Assembly: GCA_049999805.1 (NCBI GenBank)
Contig: JBNGIO010006079.1
Span: 80,447 to 120,202, forward strand
From: Folioceros fuciformis
Taxonomy: Eukaryota
Length of the DNA stretch: 39,756 bases
Direction: 5' to 3'
This document shows positions 1 to 12,020 of the stretch, piece by piece. Under the pieces are notes generated by a model. That model made no database searches. It was not told the DNA's origin and worked only from the letters and a program-made list of their open reading frames with translations. Position 1 is the stretch's first letter; every line of letters starts with the position of its first letter. The position numbers and the translations under genes were made by a program.

Positions 1-1
1 G

Positions 2-1561
2 GAGGAGGAGCAGTCGAAGGCAGCGGCGGAGGTCAAGAAAGAAGAGTGGAAGGAGGAGCAGCACCCAAAGGAAGCGGCGAAGGAGAAGAAGGAAATGTGG
101 AAGGAGGAAGAGCAGCCCAAGGATGTAGTGGAGGTGAAGACGGGCGAGCGGAGAGAAGAGCAAGAACTTATGGAGGCCACAGAGAAGAAAGTCGCATGGA
201 AGACGGAACAGGACGAGGAGAAGGATGAAGAACCAGCGAAACAAGAGTGGAAGAAGGGTCCTAAGGAGGAGTTGTCGCAGCAGGCGGGAGGTGACGAAGC
301 CGAAGAAATGAAGGTGGAACTTCAAAGTGATTCTGCGGAAGAGCGCGGGGAGGAGCGGGATCAGGAGTGGAAGGATGCAAAGGACGAGGGAAGGAAAGCA
401 GAGAATGTAGGGGATAGGGCTGACGAGTCCGAGGAACAGCAGGAGACTAAGGGTACTAATAGCAAGGAGTTCACCGAGGAGAAAAGTGTGGTTGAGCAAA
501 AGGTGCAGAAGGGGGACGGGAATCCGATTAAGGAGATCGGCGGTGAGAAAGACCAAGAGTGGACGTCAGATGGAGGAGTTGAGAAGGCCAACAGCCAGGA
601 GGTTGAACAGGTTGATGGTTCTGAGAAAGGCGAGGGAGGACAAGCTGAAGGGGATGATGAGCAGGAAGAAGAAAACGAGAAGTCAGAGCACGGGCAGCAC
701 GAGTCCCAAGCTCAGGAAGATGTGAGACTGCCGGGCGAGAGGCAGGACGGTGACGATATGGATCTTGGAAAGCTGGTCACTGACCCACAAGATGCTGGGG
801 CTGAAGATGAGACTACTGCCGAAGTTGCGGAAGCTGAGTTTGACCTCTCTGACAATCTCAAGGAGATTGGTCAGCAACTTGAGAAGACAGCAGGCACCAT
901 CACCCACATTTTCAACCCTGGCTTTCAAAAGGGAGCTGAACTAGGAAAGCGGCTCATAGAGAGGGGCCATACACAGGTTACTGAGAGTTTCTCGCCCCTT
1001 ATTGGACGAGAGTATGCTCCCCTGGTTGCCTCACTTATTTCTTATGGCATTCTGCTGGTACCTTTGGGGCTCGTGGTGTTCATTTTTGAACGGATCAGGG
1101 CAGTTCTCTCTTTGCGGAAAGTTATTCTGTTCATCAACATATATTTGGCCGCTTATTTCGCCTCTCTTCTTCTTGCGTCCTTGGCACTCAAGAATGAGCC
1201 GATGGAGGTGCTGTCTAAATATTCTCCGTCCAGCTATCTCTTTTTGCAGATTCTGCAAGCATTGGGCTATGCCCTTTACTTCGTTCTTCAGAACATCTTC
1301 TTGATATCTACCTGTTCAACTGAGGAGTTCTGCCACAGATTCTCAGCTCTAATTCAATGGGTGGTTGCTAGTACGGTTGGTCTGCACTATTATGTCGTGG
1401 TGTTTCACAGAGCCATGGTGAAGAAGCCACCACGCATATCTTGGGAAGTTTATGGGATTTACAGTGTATCGTTTTCTGTATTGTGCCTTCTGGCAAAGCT
1501 GAAAAAGGGTAAGAAGGAGTATGTGCCCGTCGGAGATGATACCACGGACAAGAAGAACTGA
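2..1561 (+). CDS. Multi-pass membrane protein with long Glu/Lys-rich N-terminal region, At4g39840-like ('cell wall integrity/stress response component-like'); 5' end lies outside the window
   Basis: The frame of ORF 95..1561 stays open back to base 2 and has no introns. The C-terminal ~210 aa has about 6 hydrophobic helices and motifs (YAPLVASLISY..LVPL, SLRKVILFINIYL..YF, LQILQALGY, VGLHYYVVVFHRAM.K.PP..W..YG.Y, KKEY...KKN) that match my recollection of the At4g39840 family. Confidence 0.8.
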   Translation, partial: EEEQSKAAAEVKKEEWKEEQHPKEAAKEKKEMWKEEEQPKDVVEVKTGERREEQELMEATEKKVAWKTEQDEEKDEEPAKQEWKKGPKEELSQQAGGDEAEEMKVELQSDSAEERGEERDQEWKDAKDEGRKAENVGDRADESEEQQETKGTNSKEFTEEKSVVEQKVQKGDGNPIKEIGGEKDQEWTSDGGVEKANSQEVEQVDGSEKGEGGQAEGDDEQEEENEKSEHGQHESQAQEDVRLPGERQDGDDMDLGKLVTDPQDAGAEDETTAEVAEAEFDLSDNLKEIGQQLEKTAGTITHIFNPGFQKGAELGKRLIERGHTQVTESFSPLIGREYAPLVASLISYGILLVPLGLVVFIFERIRAVLSLRKVILFINIYLAAYFASLLLASLALKNEPMEVLSKYSPSSYLFLQILQALGYALYFVLQNIFLISTCSTEEFCHRFSALIQWVVASTVGLHYYVVVFHRAMVKKPPRISWEVYGIYSVSFSVLCLLAKLKKGKKEYVPVGDDTTDKKN

Positions 1562-2575
1562 ATGGACACTTTCTGTATCCTACTTTTGGAAGGAGGCTTT
1601 CAAACATCCCGCATTCATTCAGAGGCAAACAGCACTCTCGGGAAATGGCCGACTCAGGTTCAAATCCCAAGACACTCGTGCGTCATAATTTTTGCATGAA
1701 CTGTACGACTTGCCAGCATCCGTGTAGTTAGTCAATAGGTGTTGGTTGTGTCATCCGGCGGTTTGAATGGGCACAGTAGATTCGAAGAGCTGAGAATTTC
1801 TGCTCTAGCAGCTGTGCTAATTGCCGAGGCATTTATTTCTGACAATTATTTGTTGCCGGTTCCATCTCGTTCAGGATTGCCGGCCTAGTTTTGGATGGTG
1901 CATTGTGCAAACGTGCGCGGGTTGCTCCGCGTACAACGGTGCAACTCTTGTAACTTTAGTCCATAATATAGTTCATTGGATAGATCGTGGAGCAATACTC
2001 CCGCGGATAAATCCTTCTTTGTCACAGTCCACATGTGATAATTAGCCTGTTACGACTTTACGTACCAGTCCTGCAGCTACGCTATCCAGTACATTGTACT
2101 TTGGTGTACATGAAGCCGGGTTCAACCTCATTGCACCACAAACACCCCAATTGTGTCATCCCGGGTTGGAGCTCTCTAGGCACCTTCCTGCGAGGCCCTG
2201 CAATAACTGATGACCAGATAAAAAACGGTAGACAGAAAAAGCATTTGAGCCACCAGCATTTGCAAGACAGTTCAAGTTCAAGATGATGAGCGAGGCTTGG
2301 CAGGCATTTGAAGGTGGGAGAAGGAGAGGAGGCAACGATTGACTCACCAACACAGACCTTCACGACTCATTTCCATGTCGTCCACCGCAATCTGTGACAG
2401 GAGTTTGCAGAAGCCAGAAAGCTGTTCTGGAGCCTTGCCTGAAAGTATCCTGGTGATGGATTCTTACAGTAATGACAGAGGCACGGGCTTCAGCAGCTGT
2501 GTAACCTTCATACACAGATGTGCTGGCAGAGGCCATAACCAAAGCATTCCCTACCTTGAACAATCGTCCGGCTTT

Positions 2576-3177
2576 CTACGTCTCCTTCGCATCGTCTTTC
2601 CCGAGATTCTCATACTGACTGTAGTCCTCTATGCAGTCCAGGTACGACTCTGTGACAAGTTCACCAGCACCTTCGTTGATTCTATTCGCAATGGCCTTGA
2701 ACACCGGCTTGTGTGTGAGAGCAGCCTCCTTGTTGTTCCGCAGAAACTCGTTTGCTTCCTCCGAGAGCTGCAGCGCAAGGCCATACTTGTTGGAAGACTG
2801 AGCTATTAGACGCTCCACGTCAATCAACACCTGCTTTCCTTCCTCTTTGATAAGTCGTTTCTGTGCGTCCAAGAAGGGAAAATCTTGCTCTTTTTCGTCT
2901 AACCTCGGATCCCTCCTCCGCTGCCAACACACGCAAACATATGTCATTCCGTACCGCACTGAAGCCAGCCTCCTGATTCCTCACTCTCAGTGAGTCGTCC
3001 ACTTACTGCTCTCCTCCGCCGGAAGCTCACGGAATCCTTCCCGCCAGTCCAATTTCCTGGCTTGGACTTGCCTGATTGAGAGCCACTGGATCCGCGCTGG
3101 GACGGAGCAGCGGGGTCCGGAGCAACCGCCACGCAGATGCGAAAGGAGACGCAAGCCGATAGCGTCGCTGCCGCCAT
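2576..3177 (-). CDS. PTAC7: Plastid transcriptionally active chromosome 7 (pTAC7/PAP12)-like, PEP-associated protein; 2 exons (3177-3007, 2920-2576), ~171 aa
   Basis: ATG at 3177 begins a Ser/Ala-rich transit-peptide-like N-terminus. An 86-nt phase-0 intron runs GTAAGT(3006)...TTGGCAG(2921). The mature part FRRRR...PFLDAQKRLIKEEGKQVLIDVERLI..SNKY.L...SEEANEFL..NKE....KPVFKAIANRINE aligns by eye with recalled Arabidopsis pTAC7 (VWRRR...PFVEEQVRKIREVGK.MTMDIEQLL..DNRF....AAEATEYV.KNRD....KAIFHVLSNRVND). Confidence 0.75.
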
Positions 3178-3726
3178 GCTTGTCACCAGGTCGACTGAAG
3201 CTTAGGGCGATATAAGGGAAAAACGGAATAGAGGGGCCTGTAATTTGGTTGGCCGCAGTTGCCACGAAATAAGTGGGCGTGATTTCATGTCTTCTTGCGC
3301 GCCCACGGAAATTCCTCGCATCAGCAATCGATTTCGCCGGTGGCCTCGGGGTACCTGAGCTTTGTCGCGGCAGGCCTTTGCGATTTCGTTGCGGCGCAGT
3401 GGACGTGCACCTGCTCGTGGCTTGGCAGGAGCACTTGGTCGTGGACGGCAGTGTCTTGGAGCAGATCTGGGGAGTGCTAATTTCATTTCCGAGGTGGATG
3501 GGCAGGTTCTGAGATTAGGTTAGGAGATCTAGGCAGCTGGGGGCTTAAGGTGCGAGATCCTTGAGAAAGAAGGCGGAGGATTCGAAGCATGGTGGCAGTG
3601 CTGGGGAGGTGGCGGAGATTGCGTGCGCAGGTCCGAGGGGAGTTCGATCGCATTGGTCGTGGTATTCGCAACGACAAATTTTAAGTTTGTCCCTCCTGCG
3701 TACGGTTGCTGAGAGCTGGGAGAGAG

Positions 3727-6700
3727 ATGGGAGTGCCGGTGGATGGCAAAGTTGTGCGCGAAGTAGAGCTGTACAAGTGGAGACCTTTCGCTTGGCGGCT
3801 GAACATCTGGACGTTTGCCGTGTTGTATGGTGCATGGATGGTTTTCCTCGTTCCAAGCCTGGACGTCACGGATGCAGGTTTTGTTGTGGGGGGGTTGATA
3901 TTGCTCCACATCTTGACGTTCCTCTTCACGGCCTGGTCTGTTGATTTTCGGTGCTTCGTACAAGCTAGCAGGGTTAGTCTTCAGCTCGGCTTGCAGACTC
4001 GACTATCTTCCTGTCGTACTCGGTTTGTTTTCACCCCTGCACATGGGTGAACGGCTTTGTGGAATGGTACATACAGGTTAAGGACGTCATTGAAGCAGAC
4101 ATCTGTAAAGTAATACCTTCCAAATTTTCGGGATCGAAGGAGGTTGTCCCTCTGGAACACAAAAAGAATGTTGGGGTGAGCTCGGTTGCAGATGCCAGTA
4201 CTTGGGCATATGGCTCATACGTCTCAAACGAACCACTGCAGTGGTTCGTTTGTTCATTATGTTTTCATGGTAGGAGCTCATTCTCGTAGATAATTTCTTG
4301 TCTGATTTGAGTTTCTGTTGCTGTGAATTTGCTCAGAGTGAAGTGTTAGGCCCAAGGCAAGTAGGAGGTCCTACTGTTGAGGAATTTGCTTTCGGGTTTC
4401 GAAAGCAGCGATTTATCTTCCAAGAAGAGCATCATAAGTTCCGCAAGCTGGATTATCCATCTAAAGAGACATTTGGGAGCTACATCAAAAGCACGGGATA
4501 TGGATCAGAGGCGAAGGCTCAAGCTGCTCTGGAAAAATGGGGCAGAAATATGTACGTATGGATGTTTCTGGATGAGAAGAATCTTATTCTTTTACTCAAA
4601 TGGCCCTTGTTTGTGTGCATTTTGGGTCAGGTGAAGAGCATGTATGATTTGAGGGAACCTGACGTGTTTTGCTGTTAATTGTAGCTTTGAGTTTCCTCAA
4701 CCCACATTCCGACAGCTCATGACAGAGCATATGCTGGAGCCCTTCTTTGTATTTCAGGTCTGTGTCTGGGTTTTGACCATAGCTGCCGTTGTTGCAGAAG
4801 ACTCCAAATTCTGTGTGCTAACATCTCTGCTTTTGTGGCAGGTCTTCTGTGTTGGGCTTTGGTGCCTTGACGAGTACTGGTACCACAGCCTCTTCACTCT
4901 TTTCATGCTCATCTTATTTGAGTCAACGGTTGTGAACAGCCGTTTGAAAACTTTGACAGAGCTGAGACGGGTCCGTGTTGATACACAAACGCTGAATGTA
5001 CACCGGGGTGGAAAGTCAGTGAAAATCCTTCGTCTTTGACACATCCTTTTGGGTTTCTGCAACTTATGGATTTTTATCTGATGACATTCCTGGACTCGGC
5101 TGGTAACGATGTATCTGTGTTTCTTTGCTTGAGTCTCAGGTGGGTCAAGATGTCGGGGATAGATCTTCTCCCGGGCGATGTTGTGTCTATTGGCAGACCA
5201 ACAGGAACAGGAAGTGAAGAGAGAACTGTTCCAGCAGATATGCTACTTATAGCTGGAACCGTTATTGCAAATGAAGCGTTGCTTACAGGAGAATCCACAC
5301 CTCAATGGAAGGTGGAGCCATCTCTCTTGGAATTGGGGTTGTAGGTGGGTCTTGTTGGTGCTCAATTTGAATGTCATATGTTGTTCTTTTTCTTCAGGGA
5401 CCTATTACAGGTAGGGAGCTAGGTGAGAGGCTGTCGATCAGGCGTGACAAGAATCATGTGTTATTCGGCGGCACCAAAATTTTGCAGCATACTCCAGACA
5501 AGGTCTTTTGGCTAGTGTTTTTCTTCTAGATGTTTGTCAGCTTTTTGAAGCTGACAGTGTTTTGTGGAGTTTTCTCATCAGCAGATGTTTTGCTCCAAGT
5601 GCAACAGGGGTCAGTTTTGAAGGCACCTGATGGAGGATGCTTAGCTGTAGTATTGCGCACAGGCTTTGAGACAAGCCAAGGAAAGCTTATGCGGACTATC
5701 TTATTTTCTACGGAGAGGGTATGTTTGTTGTGCTCGTGAATGTAGCCTGTCGATAACAACAGCGTGTACTTGTACCTCCTTTACATTGGTGGGGAGAGCT
5801 CTCTGGCCATTGTGGGCAAGATGTTTGCACAGCTGACTTATCGTGTGTTTGCAGGTTACGGCCAATAACTGGGAGAGCGGCCTCTTCATTCTGTTTCTCG
5901 TTGTCTTTGCTGTAATTGCCGCTGGGTATGTCTTGAAGCAGGTCAGTGTTTCTGTGCGGCGTGTTGAATGGGTCTGTGACAACTTCTCTGTCTGGGTTCG
6001 TAAAGTACCATGTGAGCTCCGGTATTGAGCTATTCTTTGCGCCGTGGCTTTGATGTTAGGGCTTGGAGGATCCAACGAGAAGTAAATATAAGCTGTTTCT
6101 GCATTGCACCTTCATCATTACATCCGTCATTCCTCCGGAGCTGCCAATGGAGCTATCCATTGCAGTTAACACCTCCCTGCTCGCTTTGGCCAAAAGAGGA
6201 ATCTACTGCACGGAACCATTCCGTATCCCCTTCGCTGGCAAGGTATGTTATGAAATGGTCTCACATTTAGATATTTTGCCGTTGAAGGTTAAAGTTGTAC
6301 CCTCAATTAAAAATGGATATCACCACATGTAGGTTGATGTCTGCTGCTTTGACAAGACTGGAACGTTGACAAGCGATGACATGGTACGTAGATGTGGTGC
6401 GAATTGCGTCCTGTGATCTGTTGTGTCCTACTGCGTGCTCAGGTCTGCTATTTTCCTTCCAGGAGTTTCGTGGTGTGGCCGGTGTGGAGGAAAGCTCTGA
6501 AGTGGTTGACGATGTTAGCAAGCTGCCAGAGCGTGCTGTCCATGTGCTGGCGGCATGCCATGCTCTGGTCTTTGTTGAGAACAAGCTTGTAAGTTTTAGA
6601 AATGTTGAAGTCGGGGGATGCATTAATGTTTGCCCAGTCAGAGCTCTGACAGGATCTCTCTTGAATGTGCTAAGGTTGGCGACCCGTTAGAAAAGGCAGG

Positions 6701-9569
6701 CCTGAATGGGATTGATTGGTCGTACACTGCGGATGAGAAAGCAGTGCCTCGCAAGTAAGATTTAGAGGATAAGACGTCCTTATCTCATGATTTCAAACCT
6801 ATTGAAGGATGACAGTATCCAAAGAACTTGGTCATTGTCAATCACGTGATGATCACACACGCCTTCCTTCCGAATGTGTGTGTGATGATAAGGGCACCCT
6901 GCCCCCTGATTTTCTTTTGACGTATATCTTCAACTGTCGCAGGGGTTCTGGGCATCCAGTACAAATCCTGCAGCGGCACCATTTTGCGTCCCATTTGAAA
7001 CGTATGGCTGTAGTGGCTCGCATCAATGAAACATTTGTTGCACTTGTGAAGGTAAAACCTCGGAATATCAAGAAGTACGCAGCACGTACTCAGTCATGAA
7101 TTGAGAGACGGCATGCTGACTGTTGCTGATGTGCAGGGTGCACCAGAAACCCTACAGGAGAGACTAGTGGAGTTACCTGAGGGGTATGTCGCAAAGTATA
7201 AGCACTACACACGTCAGGGTGCCAGAGTGTTGGCTTTGGCTTACAAGGAACTGCCTGATATGCCTGTAAGTACTTTCACTGCTTGGGTGGTTCAGTACTA
7301 GAAAGTGTTCGGTTTGAGCAAGTGGATCATGAAGGTAATCTCCTTGTTTGTGGCAGGTGGGTGAAGCCCGAGATTTGGAACGGGATGAGGTGGAGAGCGA
7401 TCTTCACTTTGCTGGTTTTGCGGTATGTTCCATGTATTGATGTGCTATTCAATCAAGATTCACAAGCAGGAAGAGTGGTAATCCTTGTTTCAATGCAGGT
7501 CTTTGCATGCCCTATGAGGAGTGATTCTGCAGAAGTGCTCAAGGAGCTGAAGGACTCTTCCCATGACCTTGTACGGCTCTACGCCGCAAACAGTCGTTTG
7601 GTGCTTTACCTCGATTTACACTTGAAGCACCGGGTTTTAAGGATTGCGATGTCCATGGTATGTATTGCCTGCAGGTCATGATCACAGGGGACCAAGCCTT
7701 GACGGCCTGCCATGTTGCAGCTCAAGTTCACATTGTATCTCGGCCAGTTTTGATTCTTACTCCAAAGAGAGGGATTTCAGGGCCTGAAACTTTCCAGTGG
7801 ATTTCGCCAGATGAGGCGGTGACAATTCCGTTCAGGTGAGCATTGTCAGTGGAACAACAGGAGAACTGCTTTGTAGCTTGGGTGGCTGCTCATTAAATCA
7901 TCAAATGTGGTCTCCTATCAGCGAAGATGAAGTTTTTCCTTTATCTGCGGACCATGACCTCTGTATTGCGGGTGATGGCCTGGAAATGCTCCAACGGATT
8001 GACGCCTTACCTGACGTCATTCCTTTTACAAAGGTACGCGTAGTCTGTGCTGCCGTGGAATCTGTAGTTCTTTCAAGTGTTTCCTTGTCGATTAAAATAC
8101 ACTTCGACGCAGGTATTTGCCAGGGTAGCACCAGATCAGAAGGAGTTGGTAATGACAACCTTAAAAGCGGCTGGTAGAGTTGCTCTCATGTGCGGAGATG
8201 GGACGAATGATGTTGGTGCTCTGAAACAGGTTTGAAATTGTTCTGTGTCATCAGGAGCCTTTGAGGCTGTCAGTTGCATTAAGTGTGCAGGATCGTTGTA
8301 GTATGACTTACTGGAAAGGTGCGATGCAGGCACAAGTGGGTGTCGCCCTCCTAAATGTGGTGACACCATCCACCACCGGACAGAAATCTCCACCTGGGAC
8401 ATCTGCAGGTATTCCTTACGACTACAGCTAGCCTGAACCGGTTGCGTTGCAGGCAGCTTCTTGTGCTGCCACCTCTTGGAATGCATCGGAGGGAGTCTGA
8501 GTCTGCTTGTATATACTCAGGTGTGGGCAAGGCTTCTAGGAAGTCAAAAAGTGTTGTGAATGGTGTATCTACAGCTGCGCCATCACCCTCGGGGTCAAGC
8601 CGCTCACCAAGACAGGGAGCACCTCCCAGTGGGCAACTCATTGCAAGCAGCTCAGGAGGAGCCCTTCACTCAGCTACAGGGCGGCCACTGAACGCCGCTG
8701 GGATAAAACTGCAGAAGATGGTGGATGAGATGAACGACGAGGGGGATGGTCGAACAGCCCCGGTTGTGAGGCTTGGTGATGCATCAATGGCATCACCTTT
8801 CACAGCGAAGCATGCATCGGTTCGGCCAACAACCGACATAATCCGGCAGGGAAGAAGCACTCTTGTGACAACTCTGCAGATGTTCAAAATCCTGGGGTTG
8901 AATTGCCTGGCAACGGCGTATGTACTGAGCGTGATGTACCTGGACGGAGTGAAGCTGGGTGACGTGCAAGCCACTATTCTGGGTGTCTTCACCGCAGCGT
9001 TTTTCCTGTTCATCTCCCACGCCAAGCCCCTCAACTCCCTTTCAGCAGAGAGGCCTCACCCCAACATCTTCAGTCTGTATGTGATCCTCTCCTTGCTGGG
9101 ACAGTTTGCCCTCCACCTAACCTTCCTGGTCATGTCCGTCCAAGGAGCCAAGCAGTTCATGCCAGAAGAGTGCGTAGAGCCCGACTCGGAGTTCAGCCCC
9201 AACCTTGTCAACACAGTGTCGTACATGGCCAACATGATGATCCAGGTAGCCACCTTCGCTGTGAATTACATAGGCCACCCCTTCAACCAGAGCATCCGAG
9301 AGAACCGGCCTTTCTACTTCGCCCTGACCTCAGCCGCCATCTTCTTCACGGCCATCACTTCCGACAGATTCCGGAGCTTGAACGATTGGCTCAGACTGGT
9401 GCCCCTCCCCCAGCCCTTCGGCCAGAAGTTGCTGATCTATGCCGGAGTGATGCTGGTGAGCTGCTACGCGTGGGAGCACTTCCTGAGGCTTCTGTTCCCG
9501 GTCAAGATGCCCAGTCTGAAGCCTAGGCAACGGAGGAAGGCCTTTGAAGGCAAGGACAAGACTCTCTAG
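3727..9569 (+). CDS. PDR2: P5A-type ATPase (PDR2/MIA, Spf1/ATP13A1 family), ~22 exons
   Basis: The spliced reading gives [68 protein letters not shown], phosphorylation motif [10 protein letters not shown] (~6341-6370), [46 protein letters not shown] and [16 protein letters not shown]. All introns traced are GT-AG. The terminal exon is 8521-9569. Confidence 0.96.
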
Positions 9570-12020
9570 ACTTGGTGGTGGTGAGATTAAGGCGGACGTG
9601 CTCCCCTTACGAGAGCAAAGGATTCAGTGTAGGTCTAGAGCTCCAGTTGTACTGACCACTGGTGCATATAATTTTGCTTCCCTTCCCGTCAGAGACTTGT
9701 AGCTGTACTTCATTCCCCTGCTTTTCTGCAGGCCACTCAAGTTGTCGTTGGCAATCCACTCAGAGGTGTGTGTCTGTCTATGCGGCAACATCATATCCCC
9801 GGCTGGCCTCGGGTACACGCGTAACGTGACACATGAAGGCCGCTGCTACGGGCACATTCCGTCGCTCGTTCACCCGTCGTCTTCGGGGGACGGGATGAGT
9901 GCATATACATACATACCTAGCGTGCATCCAGCTGTGGCGCGCCCGCTTTTCGCCTTTGTGACGACAGTTGCGAGGACACAGCATGGCTTCGTATGCACAA
10001 AGCCACCAGCACAAGGGACTGGCTGATGGCAGGGCAGCCACTCCGTCCCCCCTGCTTTTTCTGCACTACAGCCTGCCCCTGTCCTGGCGCCTGCCTGGCG
10101 CCTGTTGCCTGCCCCAACTGATGAGGGAAAACTGACTGCTGCCTGCCACCCTGGAGATCCCCAATCCCTCTCAACCCCAGGCCCTGCCAGGGCGCCAGAT
10201 TCCATATCCAGAAACAGCCTGCCTGCCTGCGCTACAAGGCAGTCCAGTCCAGTGCAGAGTGCAGTGCAGTTCAGTTACCCCACTCGCCTACACTGCGGTA
10301 TTCGCGCATAGTAGAATGCTGGTAAAACCCTACGCTTCTACCCACCCTGGGGCCGTTCCCGGCTCCTTCCCTGGCCGGCGCCCGCCAGAGCCTCCTACTG
10401 CAGGAGTACACGCTACCAGTGCGCGACGAAGGCCAGTGTCCGGGAAGGGAAGGTAAAGGACCGTAAGTTCGCTCCACTTCCGGCGCCGGCCACCGGCCAC
10501 CCGCCAGAAAAGCGCGTCATCTGGAGTAGCACTGAAGACTGTGATCACAGACAGCGCACTTTCCCCCTCCCTTTACTCTTACGCGAATGTCCTCCCCTGA
10601 GAGGACTCACATGCAACTTGCCCCACAGCGGCTTCTCTCACTGCACGCCAGTTGCCACGGCCGTGGACCACGTCCCCAATGCTATTCTCACTTCCACACG
10701 GTCTGCCTGAGAGATGTCCAATGACTCAGTCCGGAAGTAACGCGTCACGACGGGGCATTGTATATCCGGGCTTGGTTCAGCGAACGGAACGACGACTCGA
10801 ACCCGCGCCACCTTCCTGGCGCGCAGCCGCAGCGACCAGCACGACAACTTCCAAAGCCACCAACTTACGGCCCGTCCGAGCACCTGCTGCTGTACCAGCC
10901 CCGTCCCGTTGCCGTTCTGTCTCGGCCTGGACGGGGCCCACTCCCGCGTTTTGAAAATTTGAACCAAGACCGGGCTGTTATCGCCAGCTTTGCAGCTGGC
11001 CGCTTGTCGTTTCTTAACATCCTCTCGTCCAAGTCAAGGTAAGGACGTATGCAGCCGCGCTGGAGACGAGGAATCTGGCTCATCAATGTCTGAAAATGCG
11101 TGGGAAAAGCACGCAAATAAAGGAAGAAGTGGTTAAAGCAAATACACAGAGATGGTGAGGCTGGGAATCCAGCCCGGTGCTGTGCGGAAAAGGCCAGGCC
11201 AACACGGACCTCGCTAGCTGGCACATGGCTGGGAAGGGATCCCGCCTGAGCGCAGCACAGCGCTCGCTAATGCATGCCATCAAGTTAACGCGGATTAACA
11301 GCCGCCACCTTGTTAACTCACCTTCTGTGTCTGTCTCTGCACCTGCGCCCCCTTCTACGCCTTATTATATTATTGGCGTTACCATTATTTTTAGAGTGCC
11401 GTAACTGTGCCAGTTCCTGTTGGCCACGCCCTGAGGGAAGTTGCAACCCGGGAAGGCATGTGGTCGCGGGCCCGGGCTGCCCCCCAGCTGGCACTGCCCC
11501 GAGCTCCTCTTACGGACCCCTCGCTCGCTACGATCATCACTCCCGCCCTTCAGTCCTCTATCTTCTGTCACTCCCGCCTGCCAGCGCCGAGGCCTGCTCC
11601 TGCTCCTGCGCCTGCCTGCCTGCCCTCCTGCCTTCTGCGCCTGCCCGCCTGTCTTCTCCCCGGTGCCTTCTCTGCCTCGCGCGACCTCTCCCGCGCCTCC
11701 TCCGGCTCAGCTAGGGTCTGCTGTGGTGAGCTACTCCGGCGTGCGTCACTTTCGTGTTGCGCTCTCCCTGCTTCCTCCTCTTCTCGTGCTGGCGGCGCAC
11801 TTCTCCTTGTTCGTTTGAGGTTTGATTGCATGCTTGTGCGGAAAATGGTGCGGAGATAGTGGATCTGCGGAAAGAGAGGGCGCGTCTCTGGTGCTTTGCT
11901 CTGTCTCCTTTTGTTTCTTATCGTGCGGCTTTTGTTGCTAGGTTGATAATACAGCGGCGGGAGCTTACTCTTCAGCCGAAGCTGCTTCTCGGCCCTTTGC
12001 CGTACCGAATCTTTGCAGCG

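Noticed and set aside
2921..2956. 36-nt micro-intron in pTAC7 using the GTACGG donor
   Set aside because: The stronger GTAAGT donor at 3006 gives a normal 86-nt intron and a better alignment to pTAC7.
9700..9720. Partial miR166-like (CTTCATTCCCC) and, at ~30372, miR536-like (TCGTGCCAAGCT) matches
   Set aside because: Only 11-12 nt match and no precursor hairpin is present, which is expected by chance.
9600..12000. Numerous 60-200-aa ORFs between PDR2 and the AG-peptide gene
   Set aside because: They arise in GC-rich, CCTG-rich low-complexity sequence with overlapping ORFs in all frames and no recognisable motifs. This is most likely promoter and UTR sequence.
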